DNA of 64,000 bases from an uncultured delta proteobacterium (GTDB lineage: Bacteria; Desulfobacterota; Desulfobaccia; Desulfobaccales; 0-14-0-80-60-11). Numbering within the stretch: the first letter of the stretch is position 1; each line of letters opens with the position of its first letter. The stretch is taken from the NCBI GenBank assembly GCA_963812015.1, contig CAWETI010000003.1, forward strand, positions 1,792,001 through 1,856,000, given 5' to 3'. The translations under genes and the position numbers were made by a program. The notes below the pieces were generated by a model. That model did no database searches, was not told the origin of the DNA, and saw only the letters and a program-made list of their open reading frames with translations. Positions 55,839-64,000 of this stretch are shown in pieces.

Positions 55839-57761
55839 CTAAAACACCAGGGCGCCGAAGCCTCTCGTCAGCAGGGCCAAGGCCAGGGCCAGGACCAGGG
55901 ACAGGCCTGCGGCCGCGGCCGCCCCTTTCCAGCCCAGTTCCCGGCTCATGGCCGCGATGGTGGAGGCGCAGGGTACGTAGAACAGGACAAAGATGGTGAA
56001 GGTGAGGAGTTGGGCCAGGGTGAGCGCCGTGGTGATCTGGGTGGTGCCCAGGGCCTCGGTGAGCATAATAAGAGAAAGTTCCCGACGCATGATCCCAAAA
56101 ATCAGGGTGACGCCCACGGATGCCGGCAGGCCCAGCACCGCGGTGAAGGGGCGGCAGATATCGTTGACGTAGACCTCCAGGTGGTAAAACTGCAGGAGGC
56201 TCAGGATCAGGCTGCCCACGATCAGGATGGGCCAGGCCACCACGATGAATTCCTTGAGGGTGTGCCAGGATTTCCGGGTCACATTCTTCAGGGTCGGGAA
56301 GCGGTATTCGGGGATCTCCATGAGCAGGCCCGGGGAGACCTCGGGCAGGATCCAGGTGGACACCTTCCCCAACAGGGCGATGACCACCAGATTGAAAAAG
56401 TAGACCCCTAATGCCCAATAGGGTCCCAGGGCGTAGGCCACCAGGGCGAAGATGATCACCGAGCGGGCCGAGCACGGCACCAGCACCGCCAGAAAGGAGA
56501 CCACCAGCCGGTCCCGGGGGCTCTCCAGGATGCGGGTGGCCATCACCGCGGGCACGCTGCAGCCGTACCCCAGGATGAAGGGGATGATGGACTTGCCGTG
56601 GAGTCCCAAAAAGTGCATGAGATTATCCAAGAGGAAGGCCACCCGGGGCAGGTAGCCGCTGTCCTCCAGGAGGGCCAGGCCGACGAGGAAGGGCACCAGG
56701 TACGGCAACACGATGGCCACCCCGCCGAAGATGCCCATGAGCAGGCCTTCCACCATGCTGTAGGTCAGGGTTTTGGTCCCCAGCCAGGCCTTGCCGAGCT
56801 CCTGGGCCGCGGTTAAATAGCCCATCAAGAAATCTTCAACATGTTGCCCCACCTTGAAGACCACCAGGAAGAACACTGCCAGGACGGCCACCAGGAGGAT
56901 ATAGCCCCAGAACTTATGGGTGGCGATCTTGTCCAAGCGCTCGCGCCAGCCGGGTTTTTCCGCCGGCTTGACCTTCGCCACCAGCTCAAAAAGGTTGACG
57001 CTCAAGGCATGGCGCTCGGAAGAGATTACGGATTCCGGGGGCCGCCCGTGCGACTGGGCCAGAATCTTCTGGCTGTTGCGGACCACGTGAACCGCCTCGG
57101 TATCCTGCCGTCCGATCTCCTCGATAACGTAAGGGTCGTCCTCCAGGGCCTTGACCAGCATGAAACGCCAGGGCAGCCCCAATTTCCGTGAAAAGGAGAA
57201 ATCCAGTTGGTCCGCCAGGGAGTCGATCTCTTCTTCCACGTCCCGGGCAAATTGAGTCTGGGCCGGGCGCACCCCGGCCCGGCCGGCGCGGAGGGCGGCG
57301 CTCAACAGGTCGCCCAAGCCCCGGCCGGCGGCGGCAACGGTGGTCACCACCGGCACGCCCAGGAGATGGGAGAGTTTGGCCGCGTCGATCACGATCCCCT
57401 TGCGGGCGGCCTCATCCATCATGTTCAGGGCCACCACCAGGGGGCGTTCCAGGCTCATCAACTCCAGGGTGAGTTCCAGGCTGCGGCTCAGGAGGGAGGC
57501 GTCGATGACGTTGATGATGACGTCGGATTGCCCGGACAGGAGGTAGTTCCGGGATTCGCGCTCCGCCGGGTCGATGGAGGTGAGGGAATAGACCCCGGGT
57601 AGATCCACGCAGGTGAGTTCTTCACCTTCAAACACCACCTGACTGACGGTGTATTTCACCGTGGTGCCGGGAAAGTTGGAGACCGCGGCCTTATAGCCGC
57701 TGAAGTAATTGAAAATGGTGCTCTTGCCGCAATTAGGTTGGCCGATGAGGGAAATTTTCAT
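55839..57761 (-). CDS. feoB: Ferrous iron transport protein B
   Basis: GQPNCGKS, NFPGTTV, DLPGVYSL, NMMD, LEDSGYLPR, GYGCSVPA and FYVPC. Confidence 0.95.
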   Translation of the reverse strand: MKISLIGQPNCGKSTIFNYFSGYKAAVSNFPGTTVKYTVSQVVFEGEELTCVDLPGVYSLTSIDPAERESRNYLLSGQSDVIINVIDASLLSRSLELTLELMSLERPLVVALNMMDEAARKGIVIDAAKLSHLLGVPVVTTVAAAGRGLGDLLSAALRAGRAGVRPAQTQFARDVEEEIDSLADQLDFSFSRKLGLPWRFMLVKALEDDPYVIEEIGRQDTEAVHVVRNSQKILAQSHGRPPESVISSERHALSVNLFELVAKVKPAEKPGWRERLDKIATHKFWGYILLVAVLAVFFLVVFKVGQHVEDFLMGYLTAAQELGKAWLGTKTLTYSMVEGLLMGIFGGVAIVLPYLVPFLVGLALLEDSGYLPRVAFLLDNLMHFLGLHGKSIIPFILGYGCSVPAVMATRILESPRDRLVVSFLAVLVPCSARSVIIFALVAYALGPYWALGVYFFNLVVIALLGKVSTWILPEVSPGLLMEIPEYRFPTLKNVTRKSWHTLKEFIVVAWPILIVGSLILSLLQFYHLEVYVNDICRPFTAVLGLPASVGVTLIFGIMRRELSLIMLTEALGTTQITTALTLAQLLTFTIFVLFYVPCASTIAAMSRELGWKGAAAAAGLSLVLALALALLTRGFGALVF

Positions 57762-57813
57762 ATAATTATAAAGATATCGGGGGGCGTTCTCCCCAGGTTT
57801 TTCCTTTAAAATC

Positions 57814-57841
57814 TTGACACTTTTGCAAACTTCTTTATATT
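57814..57841 (+). promoter_or_regulatory. Putative sigma70 promoter of the yceD-rpmF operon
   Basis: TTGACA-N16-TATATT. Confidence 0.6.
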
Positions 57842-57898
57842 AATTAATTTGTACCTTGGAACCAAGGTTTTATTTTGACCATTTTTCAGGGTAAGGCC

Positions 57899-58444
57899 AT
57901 GGAAAAGAAAAAAAGCCTCCAGATCAACATCAAGACTATCCCCGAAACCGGCCTGGAGGTCGCCATCGACCTGGGCCCGGAGTGGTTCAGCCGCTGGCAT
58001 GAAGAGGACCCGGACCTGGAATTTACCGACGCCCGGATCACCGGCCTCGTCAGCCTTGAGAAACACGGCCTGGACATCCTGGTCCGGGGCAATCTCTCGG
58101 GCCGGCTGCAACTGGCCTGCAGCCGGTGCCTGGAATCCTTTGCCGCCCCGGCCTCAGTTGAATTTGACCTCCTCCTGGTTCCCGGCCCCCCCACGGCGAC
58201 CGCGGCAGACGCAGAATTGAGCCAGCCGGACCTGGACCTGGATTATTATACCGGTGAGGTGGTGGACCTGGAAAGCCTCCTGAGGGAGCAGATCATTCTG
58301 ATGCTGCCCTTAAAACCCTTGTGTGACGAAACCTGCAAGGGCCTGTGCCCCCAGTGCGGCGTTAGCCTCAATCGGGAGACCTGCCACTGTCAGGCCGAAG
58401 CCGTTGATTCCCCCTTTGCCAACCTGGCGAAGTTGAAAATTTAA
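57899..58444 (+). CDS. yceD: YceD/DUF177 family protein
   Basis: CSRCLE, EQIILMLPLKPLCDETCKGLCPQCG; precedes rpmF. Confidence 0.92.
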   Translation: MEKKKSLQINIKTIPETGLEVAIDLGPEWFSRWHEEDPDLEFTDARITGLVSLEKHGLDILVRGNLSGRLQLACSRCLESFAAPASVEFDLLLVPGPPTATAADAELSQPDLDLDYYTGEVVDLESLLREQIILMLPLKPLCDETCKGLCPQCGVSLNRETCHCQAEAVDSPFANLAKLKI

Positions 58445-58455
58445 GGAGAGAGCCC

Positions 58456-58638
58456 GTGCCTTTACCAAAAAGAAGAAAATCCATCTCGAAGAAGAATATG
58501 CGACGCTCCCACGATCACCTGGTCCCGCCGTCGTTGTCCACCTGTCCCAAGTGCAATGAGCAGCGTTTGCCCCACCATGCCTGCCCCCATTGCGGTTTTT
58601 ACAAGGGCCGGCTGGTCATCCCCAAAGCGGCGGAGTAA
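58456..58638 (+). CDS. rpmF: 50S ribosomal protein L32
   Basis: PKRRKS...RRSH...CPKC...PHHACPHCGFYKG. Confidence 0.96.
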   Translation: MPLPKRRKSISKKNMRRSHDHLVPPSLSTCPKCNEQRLPHHACPHCGFYKGRLVIPKAAE

Positions 58639-58644
58639 GGGGCC

Positions 58645-59802
58645 ATGGATTACCTGCTCACCGAAGAGCAGCAAATGCTCCAGGAGCTGGCCCGCCAGAT
58701 CGCCCACGAGCGCATCAAACCCATCCGGGCGCAACTGGACGAAGAAGAGAGCTTTCCGTGGGACATCCTGGCCGCCTTGGCCCAGGCGGATCTCTGCGGC
58801 AGCATCATTCCCGAAGCGTATGGCGGTCTGGGACTGGGGTGCATGGAAAACTGCCTAGTCCTGGAAGCCCTGGCCGAAGGCTGCGTGGGTGTGGCCACCA
58901 CCTATGCCGCCAGCTTTCTGGGGGCTTATCCCCTGCTGTTGTACGGCACCGATGACCAGAAACACCGCTATCTGCCCCCCATGGCCCGGGGCGAAGCCCT
59001 GGCCGCCTTTGCCCTCACCGAACCCCAGGCGGGGAGCGATGCCGCCGCCATTGCCACCACCGCGATGAAGGACGGCGATTTTTACGTCCTGAACGGCACC
59101 AAGCAGTGGATCACCAACGCCGGGGAAGCCGAATTCAACACCATCATCGCCCTCACCGACCGGACCAAAGGCGCCCGGGGGGCCTCGGCCTTCCTGGTGG
59201 AAAAAAATGATCCCGGCATCTCCTTCGGCAAGAAAGAAAAAAAGATGGGCATCCGGGCCTCCGTCACCCGGGAGATCATCCTGGAAGACTGCCGCATCCC
59301 CGCGGACCGGCTCCTGGGGAAACCCGGCCTGGGCTTCATCATCACCATGAAGACCCTGGACCTGGCCCGTCCCGGCGCGGGAGCGCTGGGGGTGGGGCTG
59401 GCCCAGAGCGCCCTGGACGAAGCCGCCGCCTTTGCCAAGGAGCGCCACCAGTTCGGGGCCCCCATCTTTTCCTTCCAGGCGGTCCAGCACCTCCTGGCCG
59501 ACATGGCCACCAAGATCGAGGCGGCCCGGGCCCTGGTGTACGCCGTGGCCCGCCATATCGACAGCAAGCCCAAGGATTATTCCAAACACGGGGCCATGGC
59601 CAAGCTCTTCGCCACCGATATGGCCATGCAGGTGACCGTGGACGCCGTCCAGGTCATGGGCGGCCACGGCTACATGCGGGAATACCCGGTGGAAAAGATG
59701 ATGCGGGACGCCAAGATCCTCCAGATCTACGAAGGCACCAACCAGATCATGCGGAACGTCATCGGCCTGGCGCTGAATAAGGAATATTCAAAGAAAAAAT
59801 AA
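58645..59802 (+). CDS. Acyl-CoA dehydrogenase (butyryl-CoA dehydrogenase-like)
   Basis: FALTEPQAGSD, LNGTKQWITN, KKMGIRAS, RHQFG, QVMGGHGY and IYEGTNQI. Confidence 0.95.
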   Translation: MDYLLTEEQQMLQELARQIAHERIKPIRAQLDEEESFPWDILAALAQADLCGSIIPEAYGGLGLGCMENCLVLEALAEGCVGVATTYAASFLGAYPLLLYGTDDQKHRYLPPMARGEALAAFALTEPQAGSDAAAIATTAMKDGDFYVLNGTKQWITNAGEAEFNTIIALTDRTKGARGASAFLVEKNDPGISFGKKEKKMGIRASVTREIILEDCRIPADRLLGKPGLGFIITMKTLDLARPGAGALGVGLAQSALDEAAAFAKERHQFGAPIFSFQAVQHLLADMATKIEAARALVYAVARHIDSKPKDYSKHGAMAKLFATDMAMQVTVDAVQVMGGHGYMREYPVEKMMRDAKILQIYEGTNQIMRNVIGLALNKEYSKKK

Positions 59803-59878
59803 GGGGAAAAGGCGAAAAGGGAAAAGCCGCTTCAAGCCCGAACCCCTTTCGCCTTTTCGACTCTTCGCCTTTTCGCCC
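59801..59878. repeat. Inverted short-repeat array (AAAAGGCG/CGCCTTTT) between acd and etfB
   Basis: GAAAAGGCGAAAAGGGAAAAG followed by CCCTTTCGCCTTTTCG...CGCCTTTTCGCCC. Confidence 0.55.
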
Positions 59879-59893
59879 TTCGAAAATTAACTC

Positions 59894-60688
59894 ATGCTGC
59901 GAATCATCGTCTGCATCAAGCAGGTGCCCGAGACCCAGGAAGTCCGCCTGGACCCAGTGACCCACACCCTCAAGCGGGAGGGCATTGCGGCCATCATCAA
60001 TCCCTTTGACCTCTACGCCCTGGAAGAGGGGCTACGGGTCAAGGATTCCCAGGGGGGCACGGTGACGCTCATCACCATGGGTCCGCCCCAGGCCGACGCC
60101 GCGCTGCGGGAGGCCTTGGGTTACGGGGCCGATGCGGCGGTGCTCTTATCCGACAAGGCCTTTGCCGGGGCCGACACCTGGGCCACCGCCCTGACCCTGG
60201 CCCGGGCCATCGAGAAACTTGGCGGCGCCGACCTGATCTTTTGCGGCAAGCAGGCCATTGACGGCGACACCGCCCAGGTGGGCCCCATGCTGGCCACCAT
60301 CCTGGACATTCCCTACGTCGCCTGGGCCCGGAAACTATCATTTAGCGACGGCGGGAATCTCACGGTGGAGCGCCTCCTGGACCACGGCTATGACGCTGTG
60401 GAGACCAGCCTGCCGGCCCTGGTTACCGTGGTCAAGGAAATCAACGATCCCCGGGTGCCGTCCTTCAAGGCCAAACTCAAGGCCAAGAAAGAAGTTATCC
60501 CGGTGTGGGGTCTGGCTGACCTGAATCTTTCCGCCCAGGAGGTGGGCCTGAGCGGTTCTTTCACCCAGGTGGTGAAAGTCTTTCCTCCCCCCTCCCGGGG
60601 CACCCCGGAGATCTGGACCGGCGCCCCGGGGGAACTGGCGGCGCGCCTGTGGCAGCGGCTGAAGGAACAGAGCACAGCGCAATTGTAG
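59894..60688 (+). CDS. etfB: Electron transfer flavoprotein subunit beta
   Basis: CIKQVP, INPFD, AGADTWATA and GKQAIDGDTAQVGP. Confidence 0.95.
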   Translation: MLRIIVCIKQVPETQEVRLDPVTHTLKREGIAAIINPFDLYALEEGLRVKDSQGGTVTLITMGPPQADAALREALGYGADAAVLLSDKAFAGADTWATALTLARAIEKLGGADLIFCGKQAIDGDTAQVGPMLATILDIPYVAWARKLSFSDGGNLTVERLLDHGYDAVETSLPALVTVVKEINDPRVPSFKAKLKAKKEVIPVWGLADLNLSAQEVGLSGSFTQVVKVFPPPSRGTPEIWTGAPGELAARLWQRLKEQSTAQL

Positions 60689-60821
60689 GGGCGCACCCGC
60701 GTGTGCGCCCTAAAGAGGCGGACACATGGGTCCGCCCCTACAAAACATTTTAGATATTTTAGACCTCGTTGCTAAACCCAGTTTGAGAACCAGAGGTCAT
60801 GGTGGGCAGTGCCCACCCTAC
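60685..60821. repeat. GTAG-type REP elements (an inverted pair plus a single copy)
   Basis: GTAGGGGCGCACCCGCGTGTGCGCCC and GGCGGACACATGGGTCCGCCCCTAC (60685-60741); GGTGGGCAGTGCCCACCCTAC (60801-60821). Confidence 0.75.
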
Positions 60822-60888
60822 ATTTGGCGCTTTTTTAATCCTGGCTTTTGGCTGATAGCTGAAAGCTGACTGCTGATAGCTCCCATCC

Positions 60889-61629
60889 ATGGCCTTACAG
60901 GAAGACTTTGAAAAAATCGGGGAATACTTTTTCAGGTGGAGAAGCTATCTGCCGTTGGTCATGGCCGTTTTATTTATCCTGGCCCTGGCGCAGTTCCGGT
61001 ATCCCTTTGCCAGCCGCCGCCTGAATCTGGCCTGGGATGCCGGCTGTCTGGCGATTGCCCTCATGGGCCAGGTAGTCCGCTTCTTTACCGTGGGTTTTGT
61101 CCCCCGGGGGACCTCGGGCCGCAACACCCGGGGACAGGTGGCCGAGACCCTGAACACCACGGGCCTGTATTCTAGCGTCCGTAACCCCATTTATCTAGGC
61201 AACTTTATCATCTGGTTCGGCTTGTCTCTGTTCATGAAATCGGTGTGGTTCACCACGGTTATCATCCTGTGTTTCACGATATTCTACGAACGGATCATCT
61301 TTGCGGAAGAGACTTTTTTGCGGCAAAAGTTCGGCGACGCCTTTTTGCAATGGGCCGATGCGACCCCGCTCATCATTCCCCGGTTCAAGAATTGGCGGCC
61401 GCCGTCCCTGCCCTTCTCCTGGAAATCGGCCCTTAACCGGGAATACGGCACCTTTTTCGCCATCATCGTCACCTTTACGATCCTGGAATTGCTGGCCGGC
61501 CTGTTCAACTATGGAACATTGAGGATCGATGCCATCTGGGTAAAGCTCTTTATTTGCAGTGGGGTTCTCTATCTGACGATAAGGTATCTGAAGAAAAAGA
61601 CCAAGGTGCTGGCCACGGATGGAAGGTAA
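60889..61629 (+). CDS. ICMT/PEMT-family membrane methyltransferase (LmtA lipid A phosphate methyltransferase-like)
   Basis: FFRWRSYLP, GTSGRNT, LNTTGLYSSVRNPIYLGN and YERIIFAEETFLRQKFG. Confidence 0.85.
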   Translation: MALQEDFEKIGEYFFRWRSYLPLVMAVLFILALAQFRYPFASRRLNLAWDAGCLAIALMGQVVRFFTVGFVPRGTSGRNTRGQVAETLNTTGLYSSVRNPIYLGNFIIWFGLSLFMKSVWFTTVIILCFTIFYERIIFAEETFLRQKFGDAFLQWADATPLIIPRFKNWRPPSLPFSWKSALNREYGTFFAIIVTFTILELLAGLFNYGTLRIDAIWVKLFICSGVLYLTIRYLKKKTKVLATDGR

Positions 61630-61676
61630 CTCAAGAAACCGGCATATCTGATCCCCTTAGATGAAGATGTTTTAAC

Positions 61677-62870
61677 ATGAGCCTGATCTTTTACTCTGAT
61701 AGATGTATCGCCTGCGGCCAGTGTGTGGAAGCCTGCCCCTTCGGGGTCTTGCGGTTGGAGGGGGAGGACCTCGTCATCGGCGAGGGCTGCAATCTCTGCG
61801 GCGCCTGCGTGGAGGTCTGCGAGGTTGAGGCCCTGGCCCTGCCCGAGACTGCGGGTCTTGCCCCCCGCCCCGGGGTGCCCCCCGACGGCGTCTGGGTCTT
61901 TGCGGAGCAACGCCGGGGTGAGTTGGCCCCGGTGACCGGCGAACTCCTGGGAGAAGCCCGGCGCCTGGCCGAGGTCTTGGACGTCAAGGTGGCGGCGGTC
62001 CTCCTGGGTGACAGGGTGGACCACCTGATCGAGGCTTTGTTTACCGCCGGGGCCCACAAGGTTTACGTAGCGGAGCACCCGCTCCTGGCGGATTTCATAG
62101 AAGAGAGCTATGCTGCGGCTTTGACCGAACTGGCCCGGAAATTTCAGCCCGAGATCATCCTGGCGGGGGCAACCTACCTGGGGCGGGCCTTTATCCCCCG
62201 GGTGGCCGCAGCGCTCAAAACCGGCCTCACCGCTGATTGCACCGCGTTTGCCATCGACCCGGACCAACGCCTGCTGCTCCAAACCCGCCCAGCGTTCGGC
62301 GGCAATATCATGGCCACCATCATCACTCCCCGGACCTATCCCCAGATGGCCACGGCCCGGCCCGGGGTCTTCAAGCCCGCAGCCCCCGCCGCCGCCCCGG
62401 TCGGAGAAGTGGTCCGGGTGGAGCCGGCGGACCTGGGCAAATCGCCCCGGAGCCGCTTTGTCGGCACCGTGGCGGAAATTAAGGACCGCATCCCCCTCAA
62501 TGCCGCGGAGGTCATCGTGGCCGGAGGCCGGGGTCTCAAAGAGGCCAAGCACATCAAGCTTCTGGAAGAACTTGCTGACTTGCTGGGCGGCGCGGTGGGG
62601 GCTACCCGGGGCGCGGTGGACGCAGGCTGGATACCCTATGCCCAGCAGATCGGCCAGACCGGCAAAACCGTGTCCCCCAAGCTCTACATTGCCGTCGGCA
62701 TCAGCGGCGCCACCCAGCACCTGGTGGGGATGCAGTCCTCCGATGTCATCGTGGCCATCAACAAGGACCCCCAGGCCCCCATCTTTCAGGTGGCCGATGT
62801 GGGTCTGGTGGGGGACCTGTTCGAGATCGTTCCGGCCCTGATCCAGGAGATCAAGAAAGACCGGGGCTGA
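61677..62870 (+). CDS. etfA: Electron transfer flavoprotein subunit alpha with an N-terminal 2[4Fe-4S] ferredoxin domain
   Basis: [12 protein letters not shown] and [34 protein letters not shown] and GISGATQH. Confidence 0.95.
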   Translation: MSLIFYSDRCIACGQCVEACPFGVLRLEGEDLVIGEGCNLCGACVEVCEVEALALPETAGLAPRPGVPPDGVWVFAEQRRGELAPVTGELLGEARRLAEVLDVKVAAVLLGDRVDHLIEALFTAGAHKVYVAEHPLLADFIEESYAAALTELARKFQPEIILAGATYLGRAFIPRVAAALKTGLTADCTAFAIDPDQRLLLQTRPAFGGNIMATIITPRTYPQMATARPGVFKPAAPAAAPVGEVVRVEPADLGKSPRSRFVGTVAEIKDRIPLNAAEVIVAGGRGLKEAKHIKLLEELADLLGGAVGATRGAVDAGWIPYAQQIGQTGKTVSPKLYIAVGISGATQHLVGMQSSDVIVAINKDPQAPIFQVADVGLVGDLFEIVPALIQEIKKDRG

Positions 62871-63127
62871 ACCTTCCGGGGTTGGGCCGGGCCGCGACTT
62901 TGGCTGCCACCGGCCTCTTGTGGTGAAAATCGCTCCGTCAGGACGAGTCGACGGGACGACCCGGCCGGAAATCCGCCCACGTGAAAAAAAGTATAAGAAA
63001 CCTCTTTCAATTTCGGCGGATTCGATTTATGTAATTAAGCCAGCAGGCCTGAATTTCCAGAGGTGGAGGTTATTGGTTTGCCCTGAGCCTTAGACGACAG
63101 CCAACGGATACCCAGACAATATAAACT

Positions 63128-63874
63128 ATGAGTGAAACCAGCCGCATAGCCTTGGTGACCGGCGCCGCCCGGGGCATAGGCCGGGCCATTGCCCTGGAAC
63201 TGGCCCAACCGGGCCTGACCATCTATCTCAATGACGTGGTCCTCGGGGAAGAAGCCGCCAAGACCCAAAAAGAGGTGGAAGCCCGAGGAGCGTCGGCCCG
63301 GTTGGTGGAATTTGATGTAGCTGAGGCCACCACGGTTAACCAGGGCCTGGAATATATTCTCAAAGAAAGTGGCCGCATCGACATCCTGGTGAATAATGCC
63401 GGCATCACCCGGGACAACCTTATTGTCCGCATGAAAGAAACGGAATGGGATGCGGTCCTGGGAATCAACCTCAAAGGCGCCTTCAATTGTATCCGGGCCG
63501 TGAGCAAGCCCATGATCAAACAGCGGGGCGGGCGCATCATCAACATCAGTTCGGTGGTGGGCGTCATGGGAAACGCCGGCCAGGCTAATTATGTGGCTTC
63601 CAAGGCCGGCCTGATCGGGCTCACCAAGACGGTGGCCCGGGAACTGGCCTCCCGGAACATCACGGTCAACGCCGTGGCTCCGGGGTTTATCCAGACAGAA
63701 ATGACCGAGGCCTTGCCGGAGGCCACCAGACAGCTGATGTTGGCCCAGATCCCTCTGGGCCGCTTTGGCACCGCGGCGGAAGTGGCTCAGGCGGTGGCTT
63801 TCCTGGCTTCCGATGCTGCAGCCTATATCACCGGTCAGGTGATTCATGTCAACGGCGGAATGCTGATGGTTTAA
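63128..63874 (+). CDS. fabG: 3-oxoacyl-ACP reductase
   Basis: TGAARGIG, NNAGITRD, GNAGQANYVASK and VNGGM; followed by acpP. Confidence 0.96.
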   Translation: MSETSRIALVTGAARGIGRAIALELAQPGLTIYLNDVVLGEEAAKTQKEVEARGASARLVEFDVAEATTVNQGLEYILKESGRIDILVNNAGITRDNLIVRMKETEWDAVLGINLKGAFNCIRAVSKPMIKQRGGRIINISSVVGVMGNAGQANYVASKAGLIGLTKTVARELASRNITVNAVAPGFIQTEMTEALPEATRQLMLAQIPLGRFGTAAEVAQAVAFLASDAAAYITGQVIHVNGGMLMV

Positions 63875-63896
63875 GAAAAGAGGAGGTTTTTGAACA

Positions 63897-64000
63897 ATGG
63901 GAGCAATAGACGAAAAGGTGATCGACATAATCGTAGACAAATTGGGCGTGGATCGTTCCGAAGTCACGCCTGAAGCCGTATTTGTCGATGACCTCGGGGC
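63897..64000 (+). CDS. acpP: Acyl carrier protein (5' part; runs off the window)
   Basis: [44 protein letters not shown]. Confidence 0.93.
   Translation, partial: MGAIDEKVIDIIVDKLGVDRSEVTPEAVFVDDLG

Noticed and set aside
55839..57761. feoB without an adjacent feoA, and DUF1385 not followed by prfA
   Set aside because: Such operon rearrangements are common and the partners may lie elsewhere in the genome.

Overview
GC-rich bacterial chromosome segment; gene content and protein style suggest an anaerobic Desulfobacterota (former Deltaproteobacteria) genome, which is an inference only. About 1-27 kb and 52-64 kb are mostly housekeeping and signalling genes: HD-GYP, a NarL-type two-component pair, csp, HDAC, SOD, cysS, uvrB, dnaJ, guaA, holB, rpmE, feoB and yceD-rpmF-acd-etfB-etfA-fabG-acpP. 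The main feature is a ~17 kb gas vesicle cluster (28.5-45.2 kb) of the Serratia 39006 type: sigma54 activator, Hsp20, CDC48, three GvpF/L, PAS kinase, receiver, gvpA, a GvpC-like 33-aa repeat protein, gvpN, V, G, K and J. It also carries unusual extras: two DnaJ-type zinc-finger proteins without a J-domain, a tandem ArsA/Get3 ATPase and a zinc-ribbon-GvpA/J fusion. The cluster is flanked by integrase relics and sits next to tRNA-Leu(TAA). The tRNA is the insertion site of a 6.2 kb island with no integrase (56-bp att repeat), which contains a large pentapeptide-like repeat membrane protein and a complete IS1595-family element with a passenger gene. Other oddities are a catalytically degenerate Prim-Pol protein, a Bcd/EtfAB module in place of plsX-fabH-fabD, and four genes split by single-base frameshifts at homopolymer runs (assembly error or phase variation). 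No searches were run; all family calls come from motifs recognised by eye.
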